Source: Myxococcota bacterium (GTDB lineage: Bacteria > Myxococcota_A > UBA9160 > PR03). Taken from it: DNA of 30,687 nt. Location of the stretch: NCBI GenBank assembly GCA_041611735.1, contig JBFIML010000046.1:1-30687 (forward strand), in the 5' to 3' direction. A model generated the notes under the pieces. It was not told the origin of the DNA, ran no database searches, and worked only from the letters and a program-made list of their open reading frames with translations. Below are positions 1 to 7,862 of this stretch, piece after piece. The translations under genes and the position numbers were made by a program. Numbering within the stretch: the first letter of the stretch is position 1; each line of letters opens with the position of its first letter.

Positions 1-66
1 GGCAATCTGAGCCCCGACTACGACGCCCACCTGATCGCCGTCTCGCTGATCTACGAATGGTGGTGA
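1..66 (+). CDS. 3' end of a gene entering the window; probable outer-membrane beta-barrel, possibly MtrB/PioB family
   Basis: Frame 1 reads GNLSPDYDAHLIAVSLIYEWW then TGA (64-66). It has an amphipathic terminal strand ending in an aromatic residue (beta-signal-like). The DY-x-AH-hydrophobic-S-x-x-Y pattern recalls MtrB/PioB C-termini. Only 21 residues are visible. Confidence 0.45.
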   Translation, partial: GNLSPDYDAHLIAVSLIYEWW

Positions 67-73
67 GCGAGGA

Positions 74-100
74 CCCGATGGAGCCACCGGCTCCATCGGG
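74..100. terminator. Perfect 12-bp hairpin between convergent genes, candidate bidirectional terminator
   Basis: CCCGATGGAGCC (74-85), loop ACC, GGCTCCATCGGG (89-100). It lies between the stop at 66 (+) and the stop at 103 (-). There is no U-tract. Confidence 0.55.
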
Positions 101-102
101 GT

Positions 103-1383
103 CTAGCCGCTGGCGCCGGTGGAGGCGCCCAGGGCCTCGAGGACGTTGGCCCGGGCGCCCAGGCTGTGGGCGATCCCGGAGAGCAGCGAGAAGACCCGGC
201 CCACCAGCACGAAGTCGCTGGGAACCCGCACCACCGGGTTCTCGCGAATGGCCTCGAACAGCTCGCCGGTCATCTCCTCGGTGAACTCGCCCTCGAAGCG
301 CCCGCTCTCGCTGCGCGCCATCATGCGCCGGGCGATGGCCACGAAGGTGGCGGGGTCGCCGCTGCGGGTCTCGAAGCCGAGCTCCTGGAAGGCGCGGATC
401 ATGGCCGACTCGTTGAGCGTCATCATGGAGAACATGAGCTCGAAGAGCCCGAGCCCGAAGCCCGCGGGCAGCTCCTTGGAGAGCCCGAAGTCGAGCAGCA
501 CGATCTTCCCGTCGGGCTGGACGAACAGGTTGCCCGGGTGGGGATCCGCCTGGAAGAAGCCCGCCGCCAGGATCATGCGCGTGTAGATGCGCATCAGCTC
601 CTGCACCACCAATGCCGGCCGCAGGCCCGCCGCCTCGATCCGCGCCCTCTCGGTGATCTTGATGCCCCCCACCAGCTCCATGGTGAGGACGCGCCGGGTG
701 GACCACTCGCGGTGGATGGCCGGCACCACCACCGTCCCGTCCCGGACGAAGAGCTCGCGCACGCGGTCGGCGCAGTCGGCCTCGCGCTCGAAGTCGAGCT
801 CCAGGGCCAGGTGCCGGGTGAACTCGGTCACGAGCGGGAGCAGCTCCAGGGGCTGGCGGTCGAGGCGCGCGTAGATCCGGCACACGCGGCGCATGTTGGC
901 CAGGTCCGTCTGCACGATGCGCTCGATGTCCGGATACTGGACCTTCACCGCCACGGGGCGGCCGTCCAGCAGGACCGCCCGGTGCACCTGGGCCAGGGAC
1001 GCCGCCGCCATGGGCTCCGGCGCGAACTCCCGGAAGACGGCATCCAGGGGCTGGCCGAGCTCCCGCTCCACCTGGCCGCGGATCTCCGGGAAGGGGTGGG
1101 GCGGCACGGCGTCGTGGCACTGCTTCAGGACCTCGATCACCGGCGGCGGAAACAGGTCGGCCCGGGTGGCCACCACCTGGCAGAACTTGATGGTGACCCC
1201 GCGCAGCGCGAGGGCGGTGCGCAGCAGCAGGCGCGCCGCGCGCTCGTGGGTGGCATCCCGGCTGGCGGGGGGAGGCCGGCGCGCCAGCCGGCGCAGCGCG
1301 CCCGGCAGCTTGTAGAGCAGATAGATCGCCGCGGCGGTGGCGCCGATGCGCAGGCTGCGCCAGGCGCGGACGAGGAGGTTCAA
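103..1383 (-). CDS. ABC1/UbiB/AarF family atypical kinase/ATPase
   Basis: Motifs IKFCQVVATRADLFP (KxGQ-like), AAASLAQVHRA, VAVKVQYP, ELDFEREA, FFQADPHPGN and LLDFG. The likely start is TTG at 1383, overlapping the upstream TGA (TTGA). Confidence 0.9.
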   Translation of the reverse strand: MNLLVRAWRSLRIGATAAAIYLLYKLPGALRRLARRPPPASRDATHERAARLLLRTALALRGVTIKFCQVVATRADLFPPPVIEVLKQCHDAVPPHPFPEIRGQVERELGQPLDAVFREFAPEPMAAASLAQVHRAVLLDGRPVAVKVQYPDIERIVQTDLANMRRVCRIYARLDRQPLELLPLVTEFTRHLALELDFEREADCADRVRELFVRDGTVVVPAIHREWSTRRVLTMELVGGIKITERARIEAAGLRPALVVQELMRIYTRMILAAGFFQADPHPGNLFVQPDGKIVLLDFGLSKELPAGFGLGLFELMFSMMTLNESAMIRAFQELGFETRSGDPATFVAIARRMMARSESGRFEGEFTEEMTGELFEAIRENPVVRVPSDFVLVGRVFSLLSGIAHSLGARANVLEALGASTGASG

Positions 1384-2462
1384 CCCGCGTCCGGGGCGGC
1401 TGCCTCGAAGCCCGTGCGCTCGGGGGGCGTCCACGGCGTCTCCAGGGCGTCGAAGCGCTCCAGCAGGCCGGCGGGATCGCGGTGCACGCGCATGGAGTCG
1501 ACGACGCTCTGGCGGATGTCGGCGCGCTGCTCTTCGCGGCGCTCGTGGGTCAGGCCTCGCAGTGTGCGGTGGAGGAGACCCTGCACCACCTGGCGACCGG
1601 GAACGGTCTTCCCGTCGACGCGACGCAGCGTCCGCGCGGCCAGCTCCGAGAGCGCCGTGCGCAGGTACTCCACGTGGGGGCTCTCGTCGCTGCGGATGAA
1701 GCGGATCATCCGGCCGGCAGCCTCCGGATCCGCCGAGACCGAGGCATCCGAGAGCAGCCGCTCCCCCCAGTCGAAGGCCCCCATGGCGAACACCTCCACG
1801 GCGAGCACCTGGACCATGGTGGCGAGCATCCGCTCGAGATCCTCGTCGAGCTGCGGCAGGACGCGCCGGCGCTCCCGGCGTCGGCCAGGCCCCTGACCCA
1901 TCATGCGCAGCAGCACGTCGCCGGGGATCCTGGGCCGCTCCAGGGCGAGGTCGCGGGCGGCCTCCCACATCTGCTTGTGGCCGCCTTCGTCCCGGTAGCC
2001 GGCCTCGTCGCGGGCGTGGGCCTCGAACAGGCCGCCGGCCAGGTGGGCCAGGGCCGTGCCGCCGATCGGCTCGACCACCAGGCCGGCGAGGTCGGGCACC
2101 CGGACGTCCCGGATGATGGCCCCGAAGCCCTCGACGATGGAGATGATGGTGAGGCGGCGCACCACCGGGTCGCGCACGCCTTCCTGGAGCAGGAGCGTGG
2201 CCTGGGCGACGTTCGGATACTGGGGCGGCATGAGAGCCGGGTCGATGGCGACGAGCGGGTGCCCGTCGCGCTCGAGGCGCGCCTGCCAGGCGCGGATCGC
2301 CGGCGCGCGGTGGACGCTGCGGGGCGAGCGGTAGCGTCCGTCGGGCTCGAAGCCGCCGTGACAGCGCACGCCGCCGGCGATCAACGGCTCGGTGTACGGG
2401 CCACTCTCCAGCAGCTCCTCGCGGCTGTATTCGAGCGGCAGATCGACGGGAGGCGGAGCCAT
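1380..2462 (-). CDS. Ferritin-like diiron-carboxylate protein (uncharacterised)
   Basis: 360 aa with E (IVEGFG), DEGGH, E (AVEVFA) and DESPH, giving an E/ExxH/E/ExxH ligand set. An AAGGA RBS precedes the ATG. Confidence 0.7.
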   Translation of the reverse strand: MAPPPVDLPLEYSREELLESGPYTEPLIAGGVRCHGGFEPDGRYRSPRSVHRAPAIRAWQARLERDGHPLVAIDPALMPPQYPNVAQATLLLQEGVRDPVVRRLTIISIVEGFGAIIRDVRVPDLAGLVVEPIGGTALAHLAGGLFEAHARDEAGYRDEGGHKQMWEAARDLALERPRIPGDVLLRMMGQGPGRRRERRRVLPQLDEDLERMLATMVQVLAVEVFAMGAFDWGERLLSDASVSADPEAAGRMIRFIRSDESPHVEYLRTALSELAARTLRRVDGKTVPGRQVVQGLLHRTLRGLTHERREEQRADIRQSVVDSMRVHRDPAGLLERFDALETPWTPPERTGFEAAAPDAG

Positions 2463-2680
2463 GGCGTCCTTCGGGCGGGCGCGGACTCGCCGAGCCTAGC
2501 CCGGGCGTCATCGAAACGAAAGGCACGCTTGCGGCGCCGGGCTTCCGGGTGCAGAATGGAGCGGTCGCCCCGTCTGCCGGTCTGCCGCTCCCGTGGCCGC
2601 TCCGGCGCCTCTTCCGGCCCCTGCCGCCGCTCCGAGACGTGCTCGTTCCCCACCCCTGGGCGACGCACAGGAGGAATCCC

Positions 2681-3151
2681 ATGTCGATCGCCGCACGACT
2701 CAAGTGGTACCTCGAGAGCCACGGTGTGGACTACGAGCTGGTCCATCACGACCACGCGACCCGCAGTCTGGAGACGGCGCGGGCAGCCCACCTGCCAGGC
2801 GGACGGGTTGCCAAGTGCGTGCTTCTCGAGGACGAGCGCGGCTACGTGATGGTGGTGATCCCGGCCTCGTGCCGGGTCGACCTGCGCGAGATCCGGCAGC
2901 AGCTGCATCGTCGGCTCGAGCTGGCCAGCGAGCCGGAGCTCGGCCCGCTCTTCCGCGACTGCGAGCTCGGGGCCGTGCCGCCCATGGGGTCGGCTTACGG
3001 GATCCCGACGGTGGTGGACGACAGCGTGCTGCGCCTGCCGGACCTCTACTTCGAGGCCGGTGACCACGAGGAGCTGGTGCACGTGTCGGGGGAGGCGTTC
3101 CGCACCCTGCTGGCCGACGCCCCGCACGGACGCTTCGCGCGCCCGAACTGA
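2681..3151 (+). CDS. YbaK/EbsC/ProX family aminoacyl-tRNA deacylase
   Basis: YLESHGVDYELVHH, VAKCVLL (conserved Lys), LASEPEL, CELGAVPPMG and YFEAGDHEEL. A GGAGG RBS precedes ATG 2681. Confidence 0.88.
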   Translation: MSIAARLKWYLESHGVDYELVHHDHATRSLETARAAHLPGGRVAKCVLLEDERGYVMVVIPASCRVDLREIRQQLHRRLELASEPELGPLFRDCELGAVPPMGSAYGIPTVVDDSVLRLPDLYFEAGDHEELVHVSGEAFRTLLADAPHGRFARPN

Positions 3152-3210
3152 CCGCTCGCCGCGGGTCCGCAGGCCTGGCATCCTGGGGCCGAGCTCCGGG
3201 GAGATCGGCC

Positions 3211-4089
3211 ATGCCGCTCCAGCATCTGGCTGCGTCCGACGGATCCGAGCGCGTCGCCGAGGTCCTGGCCCGCGACGGCTGCGTGGTGGTGGACCGGCTC
3301 GTCCCGGGGGAGACGCTGGGGCGGGTGCGGGACGAGATCGCGCCGTGGCTCCAGGCGACGGAGCCCGGCCGGGACGACTTCAGCGGCCGCCGCACGCAGC
3401 GCACGGGCGCCCTCATCGCGCGCTCCCCGACGGCCCGGGAGCTCGTCACCCACCCGCTGGTGCTCGGCGCCGTCGGCGGGGTGCTCGGCCACGCCACCCA
3501 CTTCCAGCTGCACCTGACCCAGGTGATCGCGCTCGGGGCCGGCGAGGCCGCCCAGGCCATCCATCGCGACCAGTGGGCCTTCGACTTCTTCCCCTTCCCC
3601 AAGGGCTACGAGGTCCAGTGCAACACGCTCTGGGCCATGACGGAGTTCACGGCCGGCAACGGCGCCACGCGAGTGATCCCGGGCAGCCATCGCTTAGAGG
3701 ACCGGCTCGCCTTCACCGAGGCGGACACGGAGGCGGCGGAGATGGAGGCGGGCTCCGTGCTCTTCTACACCGGCGCGCTCTACCACGGCGCCGGCGCCAA
3801 TCGCTCCGACGCGCCGCGCTTCGGGCTGAACCTCACCTACGCGGTGGCCTGGCTGCGCCAGGAGGAGAACCAGTATCTCTCGGTGCCCTTCGAGGTGGCG
3901 CGCGAGCTTCCGGAGCCCCTGCTGCGGCTCATGGGCTACGCCCGGGGCGCCTACGCCCTCGGCTACGTGGACGATCTCCGCGACCCGATCGAGGTGCTCC
4001 GCCCGGGGACCGCCCGCTCGGGCCTGGGCGAACTGGAGCGGGCCCGGTCCCGCCTGCGCGGGGCCGGCGGATCGCGTCCCCAGCGTTGA
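3211..4089 (+). CDS. Phytanoyl-CoA dioxygenase (PhyH) family Fe(II)/2-oxoglutarate dioxygenase
   Basis: QAIHRDQ (HxD), NGATRVIPGSH, LYHGAGAN (distal His) and WLRQEENQYL. Confidence 0.9.
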   Translation: MPLQHLAASDGSERVAEVLARDGCVVVDRLVPGETLGRVRDEIAPWLQATEPGRDDFSGRRTQRTGALIARSPTARELVTHPLVLGAVGGVLGHATHFQLHLTQVIALGAGEAAQAIHRDQWAFDFFPFPKGYEVQCNTLWAMTEFTAGNGATRVIPGSHRLEDRLAFTEADTEAAEMEAGSVLFYTGALYHGAGANRSDAPRFGLNLTYAVAWLRQEENQYLSVPFEVARELPEPLLRLMGYARGAYALGYVDDLRDPIEVLRPGTARSGLGELERARSRLRGAGGSRPQR

Positions 4090-4166
4090 CTCGAGTGGGA
4101 GCCTGCCCCACGGGGAGCCTGTCTCGCTCGGGGCTCTCGGCGGGACCGCCCCAAGGAACGCGTCAC

Positions 4167-5261
4167 ATGGCCAGACCGAGGGACAGGACGACCCCTTGCG
4201 GGGCTACCGGGACGATCTCCGCCCTGAGAGGCAGCGGGGTCGTCTCACGCAGCCTCCGCACCCCGTCCTGGCTCGGGCTCCTGCTCACCCCGCTGCTGGC
4301 CGCGTCCTGTGCCGGGGGATCGGACGTCTGGGAGGCTCCCCTCGGCCACCGCCACCCGCTGGCCGGCCGCATCTGGGCGGTGCGCGCCGGCGCCTTCGTG
4401 ACTCCCGAAGCGCTGCTCTCGCGGCTGGCCGACTTCCCCCTGGTGCTGCTCGGGGAGAAGCACGACAACCCGGACCACCATCGGCTCCAGGCGCGGGTCG
4501 TGGAGGAGCTGGTGGCGCGCGGCCGGCGACCGGCCCTGGCCTTCGAGATGCTCTCCGCCGACGTGGCGCCGGACCTGGCCGCGGCCCTGGCCCGCCCGGA
4601 TCCCAGCGCCGACGCCGTGCGCCGGGCCGTGCGCTGGGACACGAGCGGCTGGCCCGCGTTCTCGCTCTACGAGCCCGTCTTCGCAGCAGGGCTGCGGGCC
4701 GGGCTCCCGCTGGTCGCCGCGGATGCACCCCGCGCGACCCTGCACGCCGTCGCCCGCGGCGGGCTCGCGGTCCTGTCGCGTCCCCTGGCCGAGCGTCTCG
4801 ACCTGGACGCGCCGCTTCCGGAGCCGGTGCGCCGCGCCCTCCAAGCGGAGATCCGGGAGGCCCACTGCGGGCACCTTCCCGAGGCACGCCTCGACGATCT
4901 GGTGGCGGCCCAGTGGCTGCGCGACGCGCATCTGGCCAGCGCGGTGCTCGGCGCGACGCACGAGCCGCGGTCCCAGGCTGACGGCGCCGTGCTCGTGGCC
5001 GGGACGGGCCACGTGCGACGCGACCTGGGGGTGCCCCGCCATCTGGAGCGCCTCGCTCCGGGCACGCGGGCGGCGAGCCTCGTGTTCCTGGAGGTGCCGC
5101 GGGCGCGGAGCGGCGCCGCCCGGGCCCTCGCAGGGTTCGGCGCGCCGGCGCCCTTCGACTGGGTGTGGTTCACGGCGCGGGTCGACGATCAGGACCCCTG
5201 CGAGCGCTTCCGGAACCAGCTCGAAACCCTGCGCGAGCGTCCCGGGAAGGCGGACCGCTAG
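4167..5261 (+). CDS. ChaN family (EreA/ChaN-like) lipoprotein
   Basis: Lipobox-like LLAASC; motifs VLLGEKHDNPDHHRLQ, LAFEML, W..SGWP.F..Y.P, QWLRDAHLA and AGTGHVRRDLGVP. The start is uncertain: the only in-frame ATG gives a long N-region. Confidence 0.8.
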   Translation: MARPRDRTTPCGATGTISALRGSGVVSRSLRTPSWLGLLLTPLLAASCAGGSDVWEAPLGHRHPLAGRIWAVRAGAFVTPEALLSRLADFPLVLLGEKHDNPDHHRLQARVVEELVARGRRPALAFEMLSADVAPDLAAALARPDPSADAVRRAVRWDTSGWPAFSLYEPVFAAGLRAGLPLVAADAPRATLHAVARGGLAVLSRPLAERLDLDAPLPEPVRRALQAEIREAHCGHLPEARLDDLVAAQWLRDAHLASAVLGATHEPRSQADGAVLVAGTGHVRRDLGVPRHLERLAPGTRAASLVFLEVPRARSGAARALAGFGAPAPFDWVWFTARVDDQDPCERFRNQLETLRERPGKADR

Positions 5262-5262
5262 G

Positions 5263-5838
5263 TCAGCCGGCCAGCCGCTCGTCGTCGCCGCCGGGGCGCG
5301 CCAAGGCGGCGCAGCCATCGCAGACCCGGTACTCGAGCCGGGGCAGGCGAGTGGAATCGAACAGGTCGAGCCGCGCCACGGCGGCTTCCGCCTCGAGCCA
5401 CTCGGCGCCCGCGACGAGGATGCGCCGGCAGAAGCTGCACATGGGCAGACTGCGTTCGGAACGCGGAAAGGCCCGGTCCAGGATCGAGAAGAAGGGGCGC
5501 GTCTGCTCGCGCACCAGCGTCGCCCGGCACTCCATGCGGCCGGCCGCGGAGGGCTGGATGGCGAGCTCCATGAAGCGGAAGCGGTCGGGCGAGTCGCAGC
5601 GGAAGGGGACCACGACGGGGCGCTCCATGCGGCGCACCCGTTCGAAGATCGCCTCGTAGACCCGGCGGGTCTCGTCTCCGGCCACGAATGCCCAGAGCGG
5701 ATGGCCGAGCACGCGCTCGCGCGTGAGCTCCGGGGCTCCATTCCCGCGCGCGAAATCGAGCCAGCTCTCGCTCACGAAGGAGATGCAGTCGGCGGCATCC
5801 AGTTCGTAGACGGACGCGGGCACGGATGTCTCGGCCAT
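5263..5838 (-). CDS. Stand-alone PAS-like protein with C-terminal CxxC...CxxC (putative Zn) module
   Basis: VYELDAADCISFVSESW and RERVLGHPLWAFV are PAS-like. The C-terminus has LPMCSFCRRI and RVCDGC. Confidence 0.7.
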   Translation of the reverse strand: MAETSVPASVYELDAADCISFVSESWLDFARGNGAPELTRERVLGHPLWAFVAGDETRRVYEAIFERVRRMERPVVVPFRCDSPDRFRFMELAIQPSAAGRMECRATLVREQTRPFFSILDRAFPRSERSLPMCSFCRRILVAGAEWLEAEAAVARLDLFDSTRLPRLEYRVCDGCAALARPGGDDERLAG

Positions 5839-6052
5839 GGCTTCGACCTGTGCAGAGCGTAGCGGCCGGCGGGCGGCGGCGTGCCGAGCGCCCCGGGGGT
5901 TCGGGCGGCCGGGGGGGCAGGGGCCGGACCCCCATGAATCTCCCCGCGAGGCCCGGGGTCGAAGCAGACTGGCGGGTCCGGGGCTGTTGGGTCCCGGCGC
6001 CCCACACCGGATCTCCGGTGGGGGGGTGGATTGGCCAGGGGGAGGGCGCGCC

Positions 6053-7195
6053 ATGACCAGCTCCCGCGACGATTCGGGGGTCGCCTACCCGGAGATCCTG
6101 ACGCTCCACTGGGAGGGACCCGCCTCGGCGGTGGATCCTCCGGAGCCCCGCTTCCGGGGCTCGCAGGCGGAGGAGAGAGAGCAGCAGGAGGCGCTGCGCA
6201 GGCGGGAGCTGATCGAGATCCAGCGCACCCGGCAGGGGTGCGCGCTCTGGGAGCAGATCGAACGCGAGGCCGCGCGCAAGGGCGACGCGGAGCTGTGGCG
6301 CCGCAAGCTCTCCGCCTACTGGTGGGTGAAGGTCAAGCTGGAGGGCAACGCCGCGGACTACGCGCGGCGCTTCGGCGTGAATCACGCCACGGTGCGGACC
6401 TGGATCAGCGAGGTGGCGAAGCTCGCCTACCAGGTGGGCTACCGGCTCCACGAGGACCGGCTGCTGCTGGTGGGTGAGGCGCCGGCGGGGCTCGCGCGCC
6501 TGCGCGAGCTCGTGAACCGGGACGCGGCCTCGCCGGAGGCGTGGCGGGAGCTGCGGGCCGTGGAGCGCGAGTTCCGCGGCGAGGAGCCCTACTTCCACCT
6601 GAACGAGGGTCACGTGCTGCGCGCCCGGGGCCTGCTGCGGGAGTCGGACGAGACCCTGAAGGAGGGGCTCGCCATCGCCGAGGCACCACGCGTGCGCTCC
6701 CTGCTCTGGAACGCGCGCGGCCAGACCCTGTGGGACTGCTCTCCCGACTCGGGTTGCTGGGTCGCCGACCACCTGGAGCGCGCCGAGAAGGCGTTCCGGC
6801 GCGCCGTCATCCTGGACCAGTCCACCTACTTCCCCTACGTCAATCTGGCCCAGCGCGCGGTGGATGCGGGGGATCTACGGCGTGCGGAGTACTGGCTCGG
6901 TGAGCTGGCGACGGCGCGCAAGAACATGGAGGAGGCCATGAAGGACGATCTCGCCCGCTACCTGCACCAGGCCGAGTGGACCGGCGCCGTGGAGGGCAAG
7001 CGCTTCTGGCGCAGCGGTCCGCGGCGCTGGCTGCGGGAGGCCACCCGCAAGGGCTTGCTCGCCCTCTTCGCGCTCGTGTTCGGGCTCGGGCTGCCGGCGC
7101 CCCCCGCCCACGCCGACGCCTCCGACGCGGCCGCCATCGAGCGGGTCGCCCACGACGGCGAGAAGGCCCGCAACAGCGGGGCGGGAGGGAACTGA
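6053..7195 (+). CDS. HTH + TPR protein with C-terminal signal-peptide-like segment and short tail
   Basis: GGAGG RBS then ATG 6053; 380 aa. HTH is AADYARRFGVNHATVRTWISE (aa ~100-120). Three TPR-like repeats span aa ~179-292. The C-terminus is TRK-GLLALFALVFGLGL-PAPP-AHA plus 26 aa. Confidence 0.75.
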   Translation: MTSSRDDSGVAYPEILTLHWEGPASAVDPPEPRFRGSQAEEREQQEALRRRELIEIQRTRQGCALWEQIEREAARKGDAELWRRKLSAYWWVKVKLEGNAADYARRFGVNHATVRTWISEVAKLAYQVGYRLHEDRLLLVGEAPAGLARLRELVNRDAASPEAWRELRAVEREFRGEEPYFHLNEGHVLRARGLLRESDETLKEGLAIAEAPRVRSLLWNARGQTLWDCSPDSGCWVADHLERAEKAFRRAVILDQSTYFPYVNLAQRAVDAGDLRRAEYWLGELATARKNMEEAMKDDLARYLHQAEWTGAVEGKRFWRSGPRRWLREATRKGLLALFALVFGLGLPAPPAHADASDAAAIERVAHDGEKARNSGAGGN

Positions 7196-7201
7196 GCCGC
7201 G

Positions 7202-7837
7202 CTAGCCGGGCTTCACGAAGTTGAGGGTGAAGGCCCAGGGGGGGCCGAGGCGCTGCTCGGGGACGAAGCCCGCCGCCTGCGCGAGTCGCAGCACCCGGGA
7301 CGCTTGCTGGTAGTGCGGATCGGGCAGCACCTCGGTCACGGAGAGGAGACCGCCGGGCTTGAGCGCCGCGTGAATCTCCCGAAGCGCCGCGTCCTGGTCC
7401 GGGATCTCGCCGAGCACCGTGACCAGGAACGCGCGGTCGAAGACGCCGCGCTCGACCCGACCCTCTCCAGCACCCCCCAGGAGGGTCCGCACGTTGCGGC
7501 ATCCGCTGCGGGTGATGCGTTCCTCGAGGCGGCGGATCATGCCCGGCTGGATGTCGAGGGCAACCACCTCGCCGCAGGGCCCGACCCGCTCGGCGGCCGG
7601 TAGCGTCAGGCGTCCGGGCCCGCAGCCCACGTCGAGGACGCGCATGCCGGGCCCCACCCGGGCCCGCTCGAGCAGCTTGGCGCTGCCGGCCAGGGCCTCC
7701 ACGTAGGGATTCTCGAGCAGGGGCGCGAGCCAGGGCGGACAGGGGAGGGAGCGCCGGCGCGAGAGCGCTCGCCATGCGAAGCCCACCGCCAGGACTGCGA
7801 GCACCAGGCCCGCGAGGACCGCCGCGACGCGGCTCAT
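7202..7837 (-). CDS. Class I SAM-dependent methyltransferase with N-terminal membrane anchor
   Basis: VLDVGCGPG (motif I), VVALDIQ and LKPGGLL. The N-terminus is hydrophobic and a GGGAG RBS precedes ATG 7837. Confidence 0.9.
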   Translation of the reverse strand: MSRVAAVLAGLVLAVLAVGFAWRALSRRRSLPCPPWLAPLLENPYVEALAGSAKLLERARVGPGMRVLDVGCGPGRLTLPAAERVGPCGEVVALDIQPGMIRRLEERITRSGCRNVRTLLGGAGEGRVERGVFDRAFLVTVLGEIPDQDAALREIHAALKPGGLLSVTEVLPDPHYQQASRVLRLAQAAGFVPEQRLGPPWAFTLNFVKPG

Positions 7838-7862
7838 GGCGGCTCCCGGAGCACGCGGGTCC

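Noticed and set aside
2558-2633. GCCGCTCC three times (2584, 2596, 2626) with a complementary GGAGCGG upstream of the ybaK-like gene
   Set aside because: These are short, GC-rich and irregularly spaced, and cannot be told from chance.
1384-2703. Apparent long N-terminal extension of the ABC1 kinase (866-aa ORF)
   Set aside because: It overlaps the ferritin-like gene in another frame and is low-complexity. The TTGA coupling gives a better start at 1383. The same reasoning trims ORFs 3060-5261, 7863-9398, 13746-15458, 22089-24482 and 27499-29415.
4167-4245. GAGGGACAGG and CTGAGA resembling SAM-I or TPP riboswitch fragments
   Set aside because: The other conserved elements (SAM-I AUC...GAU and GCAACC; the TPP core) are not present, so no riboswitch is called.
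7035-7057. Internal GGGAGG plus in-frame TTG (7055) as a separate start for the C-terminal propeptide
   Set aside because: The 14-nt SD spacing is long and the product would lack the basic n-region. It is not supportable as its own CDS without Ribo-seq.
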